From contig ML992502.1 of assembly GCA_010093995.1 (NCBI GenBank), positions 1,956,312-2,008,047 on the forward strand: a stretch of DNA of 51,736 nucleotides, written 5' to 3'. The notes under the pieces are model-generated. The model saw only the letters and a list, made by a program, of their open reading frames with translations, made no database searches and was not told the origin of the DNA. Position numbers and translations under genes: made by a program. This stretch comes from Elsinoe ampelina (taxonomy: Eukaryota). Positions 11,374-22,741 of this stretch are shown here, in pieces. The number at the start of each line of letters is the position of its first letter. Within the stretch, counting starts at the first letter, position 1.

Positions 11374-13911
11374 CTACCCGGCTCCAAGATCCGTCGCTTC
11401 ATGGGCCAGCTTCTTTGGCTTGGCGAGGAGATCATCCTTCATCTCGTCCAACACCTTCGGCTTCTCCTTGTCCTTCTTCGTCTCCTTCTCCGCCGCCTTC
11501 TTCACCCCAGCCTTCGCCTCTTCCCTCCCCTTCTCCAATCCCTTCTTCTTCGCCTCTTGCCCCTCTCCCTCATCCTTCAAGCCGAGATACACCCTCTGAC
11601 TGCCATCAATCGCCCCCTTCCCCACCTCTCTCACATCCTTGACATCCCCCTTCACCTCCCCTCCCATCCTCTCTGCCCCTCCTTCTTCCTCCTCGTCATG
11701 CTCCCTCTGAGTAACCGGATTGAAAAGCCTCATATCAACCTTCTGCACCTCCCACTCCTCCGCTTCCTTACCCGTGTAGCAGAACAGATCACCCGTCTTG
11801 CCTTCCTTCACGATCTTTGGTCGTGCCGCTTCTTCAGCGCTGCACCCTCCGAGTTGTTGTCGGAGTTGTTTGATGTATGCGATGGCGGCGGACTCGGCTT
11901 CGGCAGAGGAGGCGAGGGGTTCGCCTGTGTAGGAGAGGAGGGGGAGGGCGAAGAGGTCCGGGAAGGAGCCGCGGAAGGGGAGGAGGGTGTGCAGGGGTTG
12001 CGAGCCGGGGATGGCGGGAACTTCTGGGTGGGATGGGGGAGTGAGGGGTTCGTCGGCCGTGAGGAAGGGTTCGTTGGATTTGGGAGGGTTGGCGGGTTCG
12101 GGTTGGGGATTCTTCTTGGGGGTGGTGTATTCTTCTGGTGGGTGGTAGAGTTCGGTGTGGATGGTTGCCCATGTGCCGTCATTGGAGTTGGCTGGGTAAA
12201 GGAAGGCCCATGAACGGGCGCGCACGAGCTCGAGGAAGAATTCGAGCCAGGCTGGTTGGTGATCGGGAAAGAGTCTGCGGGGCTTCGCAGTGTCCGGATT
12301 TGCATGCAGGGTATGTAACCGGCGGGTGAGGTAGTCGTGGAATTCGGCCCAGTGTGAGCCAAAGACGAGGAGAGCTGACGCCTGTGGTGCTTGGTACAGG
12401 AAGGGTGGCGATGAGCCAATCTCGAAATTACCCGAGTCTTTCTCTCGCATGGAGGATAGTGATGGCGGGACGAACTTCTTATTTTCGAGGGTGGTGGACG
12501 TTGAGGCTAAGGCGAGTCCAGCAAGCCGCTCTCGTTCTAGGTTGCTTGATGAGTACCTTGTGGATAGTAGGGTAAAGAAGACGTAGTGGTAGAATAGCGG
12601 CGAGACGACCGCATTTGGAGAGAGAAGGAGGACATGGTCGTCGTTGTGGTGAGATGGATAGTAAGACTCGACAAAGCGCACCGCACTTTCTTCTGCGTCG
12701 AGCGAATTGGCCGGTATTCGTCGCTGTAGCTTGAGCAGATCCGATACGGGTCGTGTTCTGTCCAGTCCGGGTGGCCAGGAGAAGTCCTTGAGATAGCCGA
12801 TCAGAAAGTCGTCTGATTTGGAAGGGAGCTCGACTGTCAGCTTTGGTGGCTTGAGCCCGCTATAATCGGCCTCTGTCAGACTCTTGAGCAATCTGGTCAA
12901 TGCTCCTCCAGCGCCAGGCGGGTCGTGAATCAGCAGCTCTATCCGTGGCTTGTGCCAGCTGTTCAGACTTGTGCTGTCCAGCCTCGCCATCCATTTAAAG
13001 TCCTCATACTTGCCCGCAGGGAGCTCGATGACCGGCTTTTCCAGGTCTTTCATCTTGCCTCTGATACCTCTAGTGAAGAAAGGATCTTCAACTCTCTCGT
13101 CATCTGTGATGACCACTTGTGGATGCATCCAGCTGTTCACGTGGTTCATGGCTCCAACCACACCCGCCTCGGCACGTACATCTGTGCTGTACTCGCTGTA
13201 ATCCGGCCTGCCGTCGTGGATGTATACGTCGCAAGTTTTTTGTGTTACACCATTCATCTTCAAGATGTCCTCGACCGGCAGTGCTTCCCTCCCCAGTAAC
13301 ACCAGATGGACGTAGTTCCTCCCTGTATCTGCCATGGCGCATGCGAGAGGTAGTAGATTCGCCGCGCTCTTTAATCGCGAGACCGCAAACAACACATTCC
13401 TATTCAGCGGTCTGTGTCCACCAGTCGTCCCAATGGCGTCGAGACTGGCTTTGAGCTTGTAGAACTTGATAGGGCCCGAATAGTAGTGCTCCTCTTCAGC
13501 TTTCTCGCCTGCCCTCATCTTACTGCGCTGCGTGCCCTTCTTCTCAGCTCGAGGTGGAGGGCCTTTCGGCGGCTGTGGCGCTGTCTTGAAGACATTCTGC
13601 TGTGCATCGGCTGCCCGACCAAAGTCCTTACCTCCAATGACATGACCTGGCCGAGAGGGACGGCCCATACGCTGATCTATTGTTGGGAGGTCGGTGGGAA
13701 TGTTGTGTATGAACAGCCATATTGCGCCAGCTATGAGAACAAACACCAGGAGTCGGCGCCGTCGCCAGCGTAAAGGCGTCTTCTTTGAATTGGAGGCGGC
13801 CCATGGCTTGTGCTTGTAGTTGTCATCCTTCTTGCCAAGCTCCTCGTCCTTATCGTAGGAAGTTCTCTTGAAGGTGGACATGAGGGTCGAGGCGGATTTC
13901 CCGCGCATCAT
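11374..13911 (-). CDS. Type II membrane protein, putative fungal glycosyltransferase (GT2-like)
   Basis: 845-aa ORF with a basic patch plus a single N-terminal TM (RRRRLLVFVLIAGAIWLFI). Luminal part has RLLKSL..ADY, RFVESYYP and VLLLSPNAVVSPLFYHY; K/E-rich tail. Family assigned from recalled similarity. Confidence 0.65.
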   Translation of the reverse strand: MMRGKSASTLMSTFKRTSYDKDEELGKKDDNYKHKPWAASNSKKTPLRWRRRRLLVFVLIAGAIWLFIHNIPTDLPTIDQRMGRPSRPGHVIGGKDFGRAADAQQNVFKTAPQPPKGPPPRAEKKGTQRSKMRAGEKAEEEHYYSGPIKFYKLKASLDAIGTTGGHRPLNRNVLFAVSRLKSAANLLPLACAMADTGRNYVHLVLLGREALPVEDILKMNGVTQKTCDVYIHDGRPDYSEYSTDVRAEAGVVGAMNHVNSWMHPQVVITDDERVEDPFFTRGIRGKMKDLEKPVIELPAGKYEDFKWMARLDSTSLNSWHKPRIELLIHDPPGAGGALTRLLKSLTEADYSGLKPPKLTVELPSKSDDFLIGYLKDFSWPPGLDRTRPVSDLLKLQRRIPANSLDAEESAVRFVESYYPSHHNDDHVLLLSPNAVVSPLFYHYVFFTLLSTRYSSSNLERERLAGLALASTSTTLENKKFVPPSLSSMREKDSGNFEIGSSPPFLYQAPQASALLVFGSHWAEFHDYLTRRLHTLHANPDTAKPRRLFPDHQPAWLEFFLELVRARSWAFLYPANSNDGTWATIHTELYHPPEEYTTPKKNPQPEPANPPKSNEPFLTADEPLTPPSHPEVPAIPGSQPLHTLLPFRGSFPDLFALPLLSYTGEPLASSAEAESAAIAYIKQLRQQLGGCSAEEAARPKIVKEGKTGDLFCYTGKEAEEWEVQKVDMRLFNPVTQREHDEEEEGGAERMGGEVKGDVKDVREVGKGAIDGSQRVYLGLKDEGEGQEAKKKGLEKGREEAKAGVKKAAEKETKKDKEKPKVLDEMKDDLLAKPKKLAHEATDLGAG

Positions 13912-14392
13912 GATTGCGTCGTGCCGTGCGGGTCGAGTTGTATGAGCATGGTGAGGCGACTATCACGCCCACCGGGCTGAACTGTAGCTTTCTCGATAGG
14001 TGATGGTCAACTTTCCGGTCTCGTTGGCTGTCAATGGTTGTTATTCAGGCACGGGAGGCTGAAGACGGCTGGACCGAGGGATGAACACGTGGAGATAGAC
14101 CAAAGAAGTACAACTAGACTAAAGATCGCCGGATGGGAGGTGTTTCAAGATGCTGCGACTTGTCCCTGCCTGCGACTTTCCAACTCCGGCTTGCCAAACC
14201 TTAATTTCCGCATCTGGTGCGGCTCAACTCCGACCTCATCTCCCTATTCATGTACCTATATTCGATAAGCACATGACGTAGGATCAGGTAGGTATACAAG
14301 TCGCCACAGGCTCTATACACTTGTGACATATGATCAACGTTCTCGTACTTTGACTTCCACATCGTTATCTGTGAGGCATACAGTAGCTCACT

Positions 14393-15956
14393 ATGAATGA
14401 GAAAGATTTCTTGCGCTTCGCCAGTCAGTAGTGAAAGAGCACATCTGTGTCCTGCATTGACATGTCTAGGTCCCAATGAGCAGAGGACTATCACAAGAAA
14501 GAATCTTGGACTCTCAGATGCTGTGACCATTGGGGCAGTGTATACTTTCCCCAGCTCATTTGTCGTTACATCGCCCAAGTCATATTTCAGTCCGCTGGCA
14601 TCATGTCTAAGGGCAAACCCGTATCTATCTGTCCTGCTTGGCAGCGAGTCAAGCGATAAGTCCTGGTACAGAAGTAGCGATACTGTGGATCTCAACAAGC
14701 ACATCAGGATCTTGACGGCTAAGCCCGCCGAGGAAGATGCATCCTCCGCGATCCAGCAACTGCTCCAAGACCACCTCGATCTGCCATTCGAGGACGAGGT
14801 TCCTCCATGGCGCCTGGTCGTCTTGCCACTCGACACTTCAAAAGCCTTCCTCTCCTTCGCCTTCTCCCACGCGCTAGGCGATGGCAACACCGGCTTCTCG
14901 TTCCACCACCAGCTCCTCTCAGCACTGCAAACCGACGACCAAACAACCGGACCACACATTGTCCACATCCAAAAGACCCCCTTACCAGAACCATGCGACA
15001 CCCCCTCCCGCCTCACCCTTTCCTGGACCTGCCTCCTCTCCGCCATCCTCTCCCCGACCCTCCCCACCTTCCTCTCCTCCCTCCTCAGGCTCCCCACCTC
15101 CACCCTCCCAGACGACCAAACCTGGACCGGCGCCCCCGTCCCCACCCTCCGCACCAACCACACCCGCCTCACCCTCTTCACCATCCCCGCTCCCGCCCTC
15201 TCCAAAGCCCTAACCGTCGCCCGCTCTCACTCCACCAAACTCACCGCCCTAACCACCCACCTCATCGTCCGCGCCCTGACCATCTCCCTCCCTCCCTCGG
15301 CCAACACGCGCAATTTCATCGCCAGCATCCCCCTCAACATGCGTCCTGCCTCCGACATGTCCCCCTCCGAAAGCGGAAACTGGGTCTCCCTCGTCGATGA
15401 GAAACACCCTGCATTTCCCCCGCTTGATCCCCTGCCCACGGGGCAAGGAGACAAGATGACCTCGGTCCCGGGCACGAGCGCAGGCGCGGACGTCCTGCCA
15501 CCTGCGCGATGGGCAGCAGCAGCCTCTACCTCCCGCCTCCTGGCCGAGAGAGCAGCGTCCCTGCGAGACCACCCCGTCGGGCTGCTCAGGTACGTGGGGA
15601 GTATGCGCGAATGGATGCTCGGGAAGATGGGCAACAAAAGGGGGGTGTCATTTGAGGTAAGTAACATCGGGGTGTTCACGCCTCCCGCTTTGATCGCCAC
15701 CGCGACAGTCTCCGGGGAGCGGGAAGGGGATGCAGAAGGCGTGGGGATTGAGCGAGTGGTGTTCGCTCAGCCTGGGGCGTTCGCGGGGCCGCCGTTGCAG
15801 TTTAATCTCGCGAGTGTCAAGGGAGGGGATATGGTGGGGACTGTGACGTGGTCTGCTGGCGCGTTGGGGTTGGACGGAGGGGAGGCGGGGGAGGGGGAGT
15901 TCGTGAAGAGGGTGTGCGGCGATGTCGAGGAGGGTTTCAGGCTGGTGGTCGCATGA
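14393..15956 (+). CDS. Alcohol acetyltransferase (CoA-dependent acyltransferase, ATF/condensation fold)
   Basis: ATG 14393, intron 14424-14469 (MNEKDFLRFA-S-PNEQR); PPWRLVVL, catalytic HxxxDG (SHALGDG), SFEVSNIG. Confidence 0.85.
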
Positions 15957-16093
15957 GTCGTTCCCCGGCAGTCGGACGATGGTGGCAAGGGGTGAGGTAG
16001 GGTATAACGTCTAATACAAATATCAACACAACTACAACTACACACCTGACTACCGCACATTCCTCCTGCACATGACCACTCCCAGCGAAGTGA

Positions 16094-18129
16094 TCACGAG
16101 CTGTCCAAAGGACTCTTGCAAGTAAACGCCGTCACCTGCGGCTCCTTGAACGCAGTGATCAACGCCGTGATCCCCGCCCACATGCCCAACGCAGCCGTGC
16201 ACAGCGCACCGAGCGCATACAGCACCAACCAGAGATTGATCGCCGACTTCTTCGCGCCATTCCCGTACAAGGCCTTCATGATCGCTGACTTCCTCTCCCC
16301 TGCCCCTTGCGAACCGGGATGGAAGCGCTCTGACTCGGCCGCTGTCGCGGTCTGCGAGTATGGCGGGAGGGCGGGTTTCTCGGACGAAGAGAGCGCGCGG
16401 TCGTTGTCGGAGCCGGAGTCGGAGTGGTGGGTTGGCGAGGTGGTCACGGCGCTGTTGGGGCGGTTGGGGGAGGAGTGGTTGGTTGCTGGGGCCAGGCCGA
16501 GGAGGCGAAGGGCGTCGCGCTGGACGGAGTAGCCGAGGTAGAGGATGGGGGGGAATGTGTAGGTGAATTGGAGAATGCAGGCGGCGGCGACGACGGAGGT
16601 GAGGCCGGAGAAGTTGGGGATCTGGAAAAGGTCAACCATGGGGAAGGGAGAGGAGGGCTGGAGGAGGATAGGAACGTACGGCTGCAGCGATGATGAATGC
16701 TACGGTCCAGTAGATTGGGACGATGGCGATCCAGAGCAGCTTACCCCCTTTGCTTTCGAGAGGGGGAGCGCGAAAGAGCTCGACCAGCACGTTATTGTAG
16801 AGCACCTTGATACCGATATTACCGTAGAGAGCCGCTGCAATGAGGGCTGAGACCATGGCGATGCTGTTGCATGCGACCTGCCAGTTGTACGGGCTCATAC
16901 CCTGATACGATGGATTGACGACGTACTGGCCGTAGAAGCCGTACATGTACAGTCCGTAGAGCATGTAGAAGAAGTAGATGAAAGCTTGAGCACTGTACAC
17001 CATCAGCATCTTGCCCTTCATCACGAGCGCGGTCGACTTACCCCCACATGGCCTTGATAAAGTCATACGGCCTCCTCATCTCACTCATAAATTCGGTAAA
17101 CAACATCGCCCCTCCATAACTATACACCGCCTGCATCAAACCCGTGACCGCCGCCCCAAAGTTCCCACCTACGGGCAACTTCGCACTCGTCGCAATAGGA
17201 GGATAACTCCCATCCGGCAACTGAGCGACCAACTCGCCTCCCGGCCCCGAAATGGCCGCACCCGCACTCGTCGACTGCGCCGCGTCATAATTAGGCGGGT
17301 AATGCGCGGTGACCCCCATGGTCAAAAAAATGACCAACAAATTCAACCAAATCGCAAAATTGGCCAACCAGCCAAACCTCTTCAACGTCCTGATCTGACC
17401 CAAGAAAAACCCCGCCAGGGCAAACACCAAACAACAAATCGCGTAACACAACCTGAACCTCGCGACCTGACTCAGACTCTGCCCGTTCTGGATCACAATC
17501 ACGCCGACGTTACACAACAACTGCACGGACTGGAGGATATTGACCCCGTGCCTCGCCCAAGGCCCGTAGATCCTGAAGGCCAGATCCCCGTACGTCTTGA
17601 TCGGGTACTGATAGCTGTCCAGGCCCAGGAACATTTTCCAGATGAGATACCCCGAGTAGCCCGCCAGGAACCCGAAGACGGTGTACAGCGCCACCGCGGG
17701 GCCCCAGCCTGTCGTGCCCACGGCGTAAGGCAGGCCGTACGGTCCCAGGATGTCCGTCGTGATGAGGTAGAACATGCTGGGCCAAGTGGCGAGGCGGAGC
17801 GCGCGCGAGGCGTTGGTCCATTCCGACTCGGAGATGTGCATGCGGGCGTCGTGGGAAGAGAGGTTGACGTTTGGGACGGGGGCTTTGTCGTGCGCGGCAG
17901 GGTCGGAGGCGGCATTGGAGGAGCTGGACTTGCTGAAGCGCGCGGGGAAGATGGTGGCGAGGAAGCCTTTCGGACCATTGGCTGCGGAACCGGAGTTGTG
18001 CGCTTCTTCGCGGCGGGCTTGTTGCGCGTAGAAGTGGTATTCTTCGAAGCCGACGGCGGTGTCGTGGAGTTTGCGGGTTTGAGGCGCGATGTACTCGCCC
18101 AGTGAGGGCGTCACGGGTGGTGCGGCCAT
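16094..18129 (-). CDS. Amino acid transporter (AAAP/Aa_trans, Mtr-like neutral amino acid permease)
   Basis: FYLITTDILGP, YPIKTYGDL, VYSYGGAMLFTEFMSEMRRPYDF and multiple TMs; introns at 16993-17041 and 16622-16679 join three ORF-track fragments. Confidence 0.9.
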
Positions 18130-18956
18130 GGTGGGTGAGGAGCAGTGGGTGAGGGCACGAGGTGAGGTTGGAGGGGCGCGGGAAACGGGGACGACAACGG
18201 TTAGATATGTAGAGCCGACGCCAGATGCAAGATCTGACTTGATGGTTGTTCTGAACACGAGATTGCTCCGAGGGACCTCAGTGCCAGGCCTCGGATCTTC
18301 AGCGATTGTGGGTGCGACGAGGGTTCATGGGGTTGTTATCGAGTTGCGATCGGGATATCGGCTTGACTGTGGCTGGCAGATGGCGACCTTCCTGAATCGG
18401 ACTGGGCCAGATCGGATCTTCGGCCTGCAGGAGGTGCATGTGGTGTTGTGTTCGCAGCCCATTATCAAATTGGTACCAGCCATGACGACTACTCGAGACC
18501 AGGAGGTATGGTGAAGCGAAAAGAGTCACGAAATGCGGGATATGTTGCCATGCGATGCGGCGTGAGGTTGAAGCTCGTTTTGCTTTGGCCAATCGCACTC
18601 GGCAAAGCTTGGATGAAGCTTAGCCCCCGCTTTGGCTCGTGTTGGGAGTGAAAACATGCGAAACCCCGACGAAGGATACGGGCCCTAACTGACTTAAGAT
18701 GCAGAGAAGAGAGGTCATATCTTTCAAATCCATGGTATCTAGTCCAGCCCTCACTCCACGATATGCCAGTCAGAAAACACAAAACGAAGGGTATCTATGC
18801 AGAAAACTTTTGTTCCTCCCATTTGTCAAACCATTTTTCTATCCATCATGATCATCAGTATAGCCCGTATCTGCCGTGAACCATTCTGTCGGCCCTGGCA
18901 GCTCGCTTGACACCTGCATACGGTCCCATTGCTGTGGTCCGAACTTCCGTCCGGCC

Positions 18957-21932
18957 TCAAACGTTGAGACCCTTGAAGAAATTCATCGCTCTTTTGCCAG
19001 CTCCTTTTGAGCCATCGCCATTGTCGTCAGACTTTGCCTTGTTGCTTTGTGCCCCACCTATCGCATGTCAGCTGAGACTCGTTCGAAGAGCGCCTTTGAA
19101 CTCACCACGACCAAACCTCCTCACCTTATCCATAGCCGTGAACCTGTCCCTACCATCAAAGTTGCTCTCTTCCCTGGCCGAGCTGAAGGCGCTACTGCTC
19201 TCTCTTGGACGTCCGTCATTTCCGATGCCTCCGCCCACCGGGCCGTAGTTGTCGCCGAGGAAAGGCTTGCCATCGTACGACCCCGTTACTACGCCGTTGG
19301 AAGACGACGTATCCCCATATAGACCACCGCCTTGGTTCGCGCTGCCTTCGCTTCTGCTCAACATGCTGTGGTCAGACATGGAGCGTGCGCCAAACTCATC
19401 CGGCCTTGGAGGTCGTACAGGAGATCCATGTCCGTTGACAGGACGCGGCAGTGTCCTCGCGATCCCATCAGTAAGACCATACGTAGCACCGACAGCTGGA
19501 CCTTGGAACAGTTGTGCATTGCCATCTGCAGCAGGTGCAGGAGCTGGGTAGGGCCTTAGAGGACCATCTGCCTCGGTCCTCGTCGATGCGGTAGTGGCCA
19601 GCAGATCGTTGTATTTGGCCTTGAGTTGCTGCAAATCCTGTTTCGTCTCGTTCCAGCCGTTCTGAAGTGTCGTAATCTCGGCCTGATAAGTCGTGGCGTG
19701 CTTATGGGTTTCCTTCCATGCCGTAGCTCCATATTCCGCGAAAAGGGGGTCTTCTAGCTGAGCATCCTTGGCCTCAACTGACATGTCTCTCTCATCCTGG
19801 CTAATGCCTGACGACACAGGTGTCGTCTTCGTGTCCGACTGATCACTCTCTGGTCGCTCGCTGTTGGCAATATCGTCACTCCCTCTCATCGGCGTATCAC
19901 TCTTCGACTTCGCAATCTCGGCTTTAAGTGCCTCGATCTCCTTCAATTGCTCCATTTGCGCCTCCAACTTGTTCTGCAACCTCGCTTCACGCGACTCGCT
20001 GCCCGCCAACAGCTCACGCAGGATCTCGATATCAGCAGTCGCTTTCGTCAAGCTTGCCTGCAGAATCTTCTGATCTGCCAGACTGCTGCGAAGTGATCGT
20101 ACTTTGGCATTCAGCAGATCTTCACTCTGGCGAGCATGCGTCTTCCTGCTCTGAGTCTCTTGCAGAATCTTCTCGTTGAACTTGTTGGCTTCTTCAAGTT
20201 TCCTTTGGAGACGCTTGTTGGCATTGTAGAGTGAAGTGGTTTCGGCTTCTACGGTGACAGCCTTGATCCGCTCGCGCTTGAGCTGTCCGATGGCGGCAAC
20301 GTGTTGTTGCTTGAGGTACCGCTCGAAGTTGAGCTCGTTACGCATGACCAGGAGTTCCTTTTGAAGGAAAGCGGCGTCCGCACTGAGGACAGGGACAGAC
20401 TTGGACAGAGAGTCGATAGATCCAGCCATGATCGATGGCGATGGTGAAGGTGGATCAGCATCATGGGTCGGTGACATCAAACGATCGGGTGAGAGTGGAG
20501 CTAGTTTCGTCGTCACCGTTGGAGACTCTGGCAGAGGGGGCAGCTTGCTTGTTGGCGCCGGTCCAGGACTCTGCGGGATTGCTGCGTTTCCAGAGTACAG
20601 CCCGAGACATTCTGCTACAACCTCTGACGGCTCTGCTTTCAGCCAACGGGTATCAGCGAGCTCTTCTTCTGGTGTCGTGGTGAAGAAGCTGGGGTGCAGA
20701 AGATGCGCACGCTGAAATTGCTCGGTCCGCTTACGAATGACATTCTGATCCAAGTCAAAGTGCTCAGCACCAGGGAAGTTGATCTGCTTAAGATACTTCC
20801 TCGGTTTGCGGACATAGCTCATGAAGTTGACCGGATACAGCCCATAAAGGTAGGTGAAGTATGTGAGAAGCTCAGGAGCTGCGGAGTCGGGCGCATCTGG
20901 AACAGATCTGACCACGTCCCAACCAGGGTCGATGGTGAAGAGTTCCTCGACTTCATCGTCTGATCCATTGACCAGTCGATCGTCGGTTACCAGATCTCGC
21001 TGGGCTTTGGAAGTCGTGTCGCTGAACTTCTCCCAACATAAGCACCGACTATAAATGAGGAACAGTCGAGGAAGCTGAGAAGAGACGGTGGCCGGTATGT
21101 GAGGGAGAAGCATGAGGAGGCATTGCAACGCCGAAGACACCATGCCGGTCGAGCGATCGTTCATCAAGCATTTGAGCAAGATGTCAACGATCTGAGTGTG
21201 AGTGACGAGGTCGAGGTGAGCATGCTGATGACGAAGCCATGCACAGAGGAGTTGTAGAGTGTGATACCTTGTGGATGGCCTTAGTAAAGGTCCCTCAAGT
21301 GCACCGAAGAGTTCTTGTGGATGTCGCTTTCCCAGCTCGATCAGTATTGCCTCCAACTGCTGCTGTGACCTATTCTGCAATCGTAGACTCGAGCTTGTGT
21401 TGCCCTTTGCTAGTTCATCGGTGCGCTTCAGGTATTCGTTTATGATTTTGGCGGCGGAAGTCTTGCATGTTTGCGATCTTGCCTTCGCATCTGTCGCATC
21501 CTTGTCGAAAGTGGTGCATGTGAGAATGAAGTCCTGTGTCTGCTGGACAAGCGACTTCTTATTGCCCTGCACATCCACAATGGTCGAGATTGTGATGTCG
21601 AACCACGACTGCAGATCGCCTGTCCTCCTCAAATATGGTTCCACTGCCGTGAGACTGACCACGAATGCTTCCAGCTTGGTCGTGTCTGTCTGAACATGCT
21701 CTATATATATCTTCCGCAGCTCTTCCTGCACCTTGGCGGATTGTGTCTCTTCTGGGTCTTGGTGCTTATCAGCAAACAACTCGAGGGATTTTCGGAGGGA
21801 TGTGAGGGTGTCATGGTTGATTTCTGGTTGAACAAATGCCTTGCTCAGTAGCGAGACTGTGTCGCTGGAGGAGCTGTGTGACTTGTTAGTCTTATCAACG
21901 TGTATTGGGTGGACTATCACATACCCAGACAT
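18957..21932 (-). CDS. TSC1: Hamartin / tuberous sclerosis 1 homologue
   Basis: LLMLLPHIP...LPRLFLIYSR, FTYLYGLYPVNF, HLLHP, then coiled coil NELNFERYLKQQH; introns at 21874-21924 and 19058-19105; last exon GGAQ...KGLNV*. Confidence 0.9.
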
Positions 21933-22134
21933 TGTGGAATGTATGCCTTGAATAGCCGAGCAGGTGAGGATTGGAAAAACGCAACGCTCAAGTCGTGTTG
22001 AGTAGCGCTAATATGTGCAACTTGAATGTGTAAAAGGTCGTTAATGAGCATTGCTGTCATCGCTGAGAGGATATCAGTCCTGTGCGAGGTGTCGTTAGTC
22101 TTGCGCGGCCGAAGACAAAGACTTCATTGCAGCG

Positions 22135-22154
22135 AGCAGCAGCAGCAGCAGCAG
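22135..22154. repeat. (AGC)6 microsatellite upstream of TSC1
   Basis: agcagcagcagcagcagcag. Confidence 0.8.
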
Positions 22155-22741
22155 TGAGTCCGCATCCGGTCAGTGGGGGCAGTGCTGTGCCAGAGACAAG
22201 GTCGCCCTGTGAGAAGTTAAAAAGGCAAAGGCGTATGATCGAAGGAAGCGAGCGATAAAGGAGTGTAAGGCAGACAAGGTGGTTGTCGTCAAGATCACGA
22301 GTGTGAGTTTTAGGTCGTGGTTCGGGTCAGTGAGAGCAGACCATCATTGCTCTTTTCAGGGTTCGTTCCAGGTCGATCCGACTTCTCAGACGCGGGGAAA
22401 GCTGTAAAAAAGTGCAACAAAGACCTGCAAATCCTGCGGCCAACTGCGCAGAGGCCAATCAGGGCCAATCACGACAACCCACGCAATCAGGCGCACAACA
22501 TCCCACGCTCGAGCGCCGGGACGGTCCTTCCGCAACTTCCGACATCTGGGGATCGAGCGCTACTGCAGGAAATTTTTGATTGTGGCTGGAGCTGGATGCT
22601 ATCTATTCGAAGCGCTGCCCTGCTCTCGTCGAAACTCCGAGCCGTATCCCACCATCGCCATGCTGTTCTATACTGGTAGGAAAATGCTGTGCTATGTCCA
22701 ATGCTATGCTCATTCAATCATTTCAGAACTCATTCCGGCCA

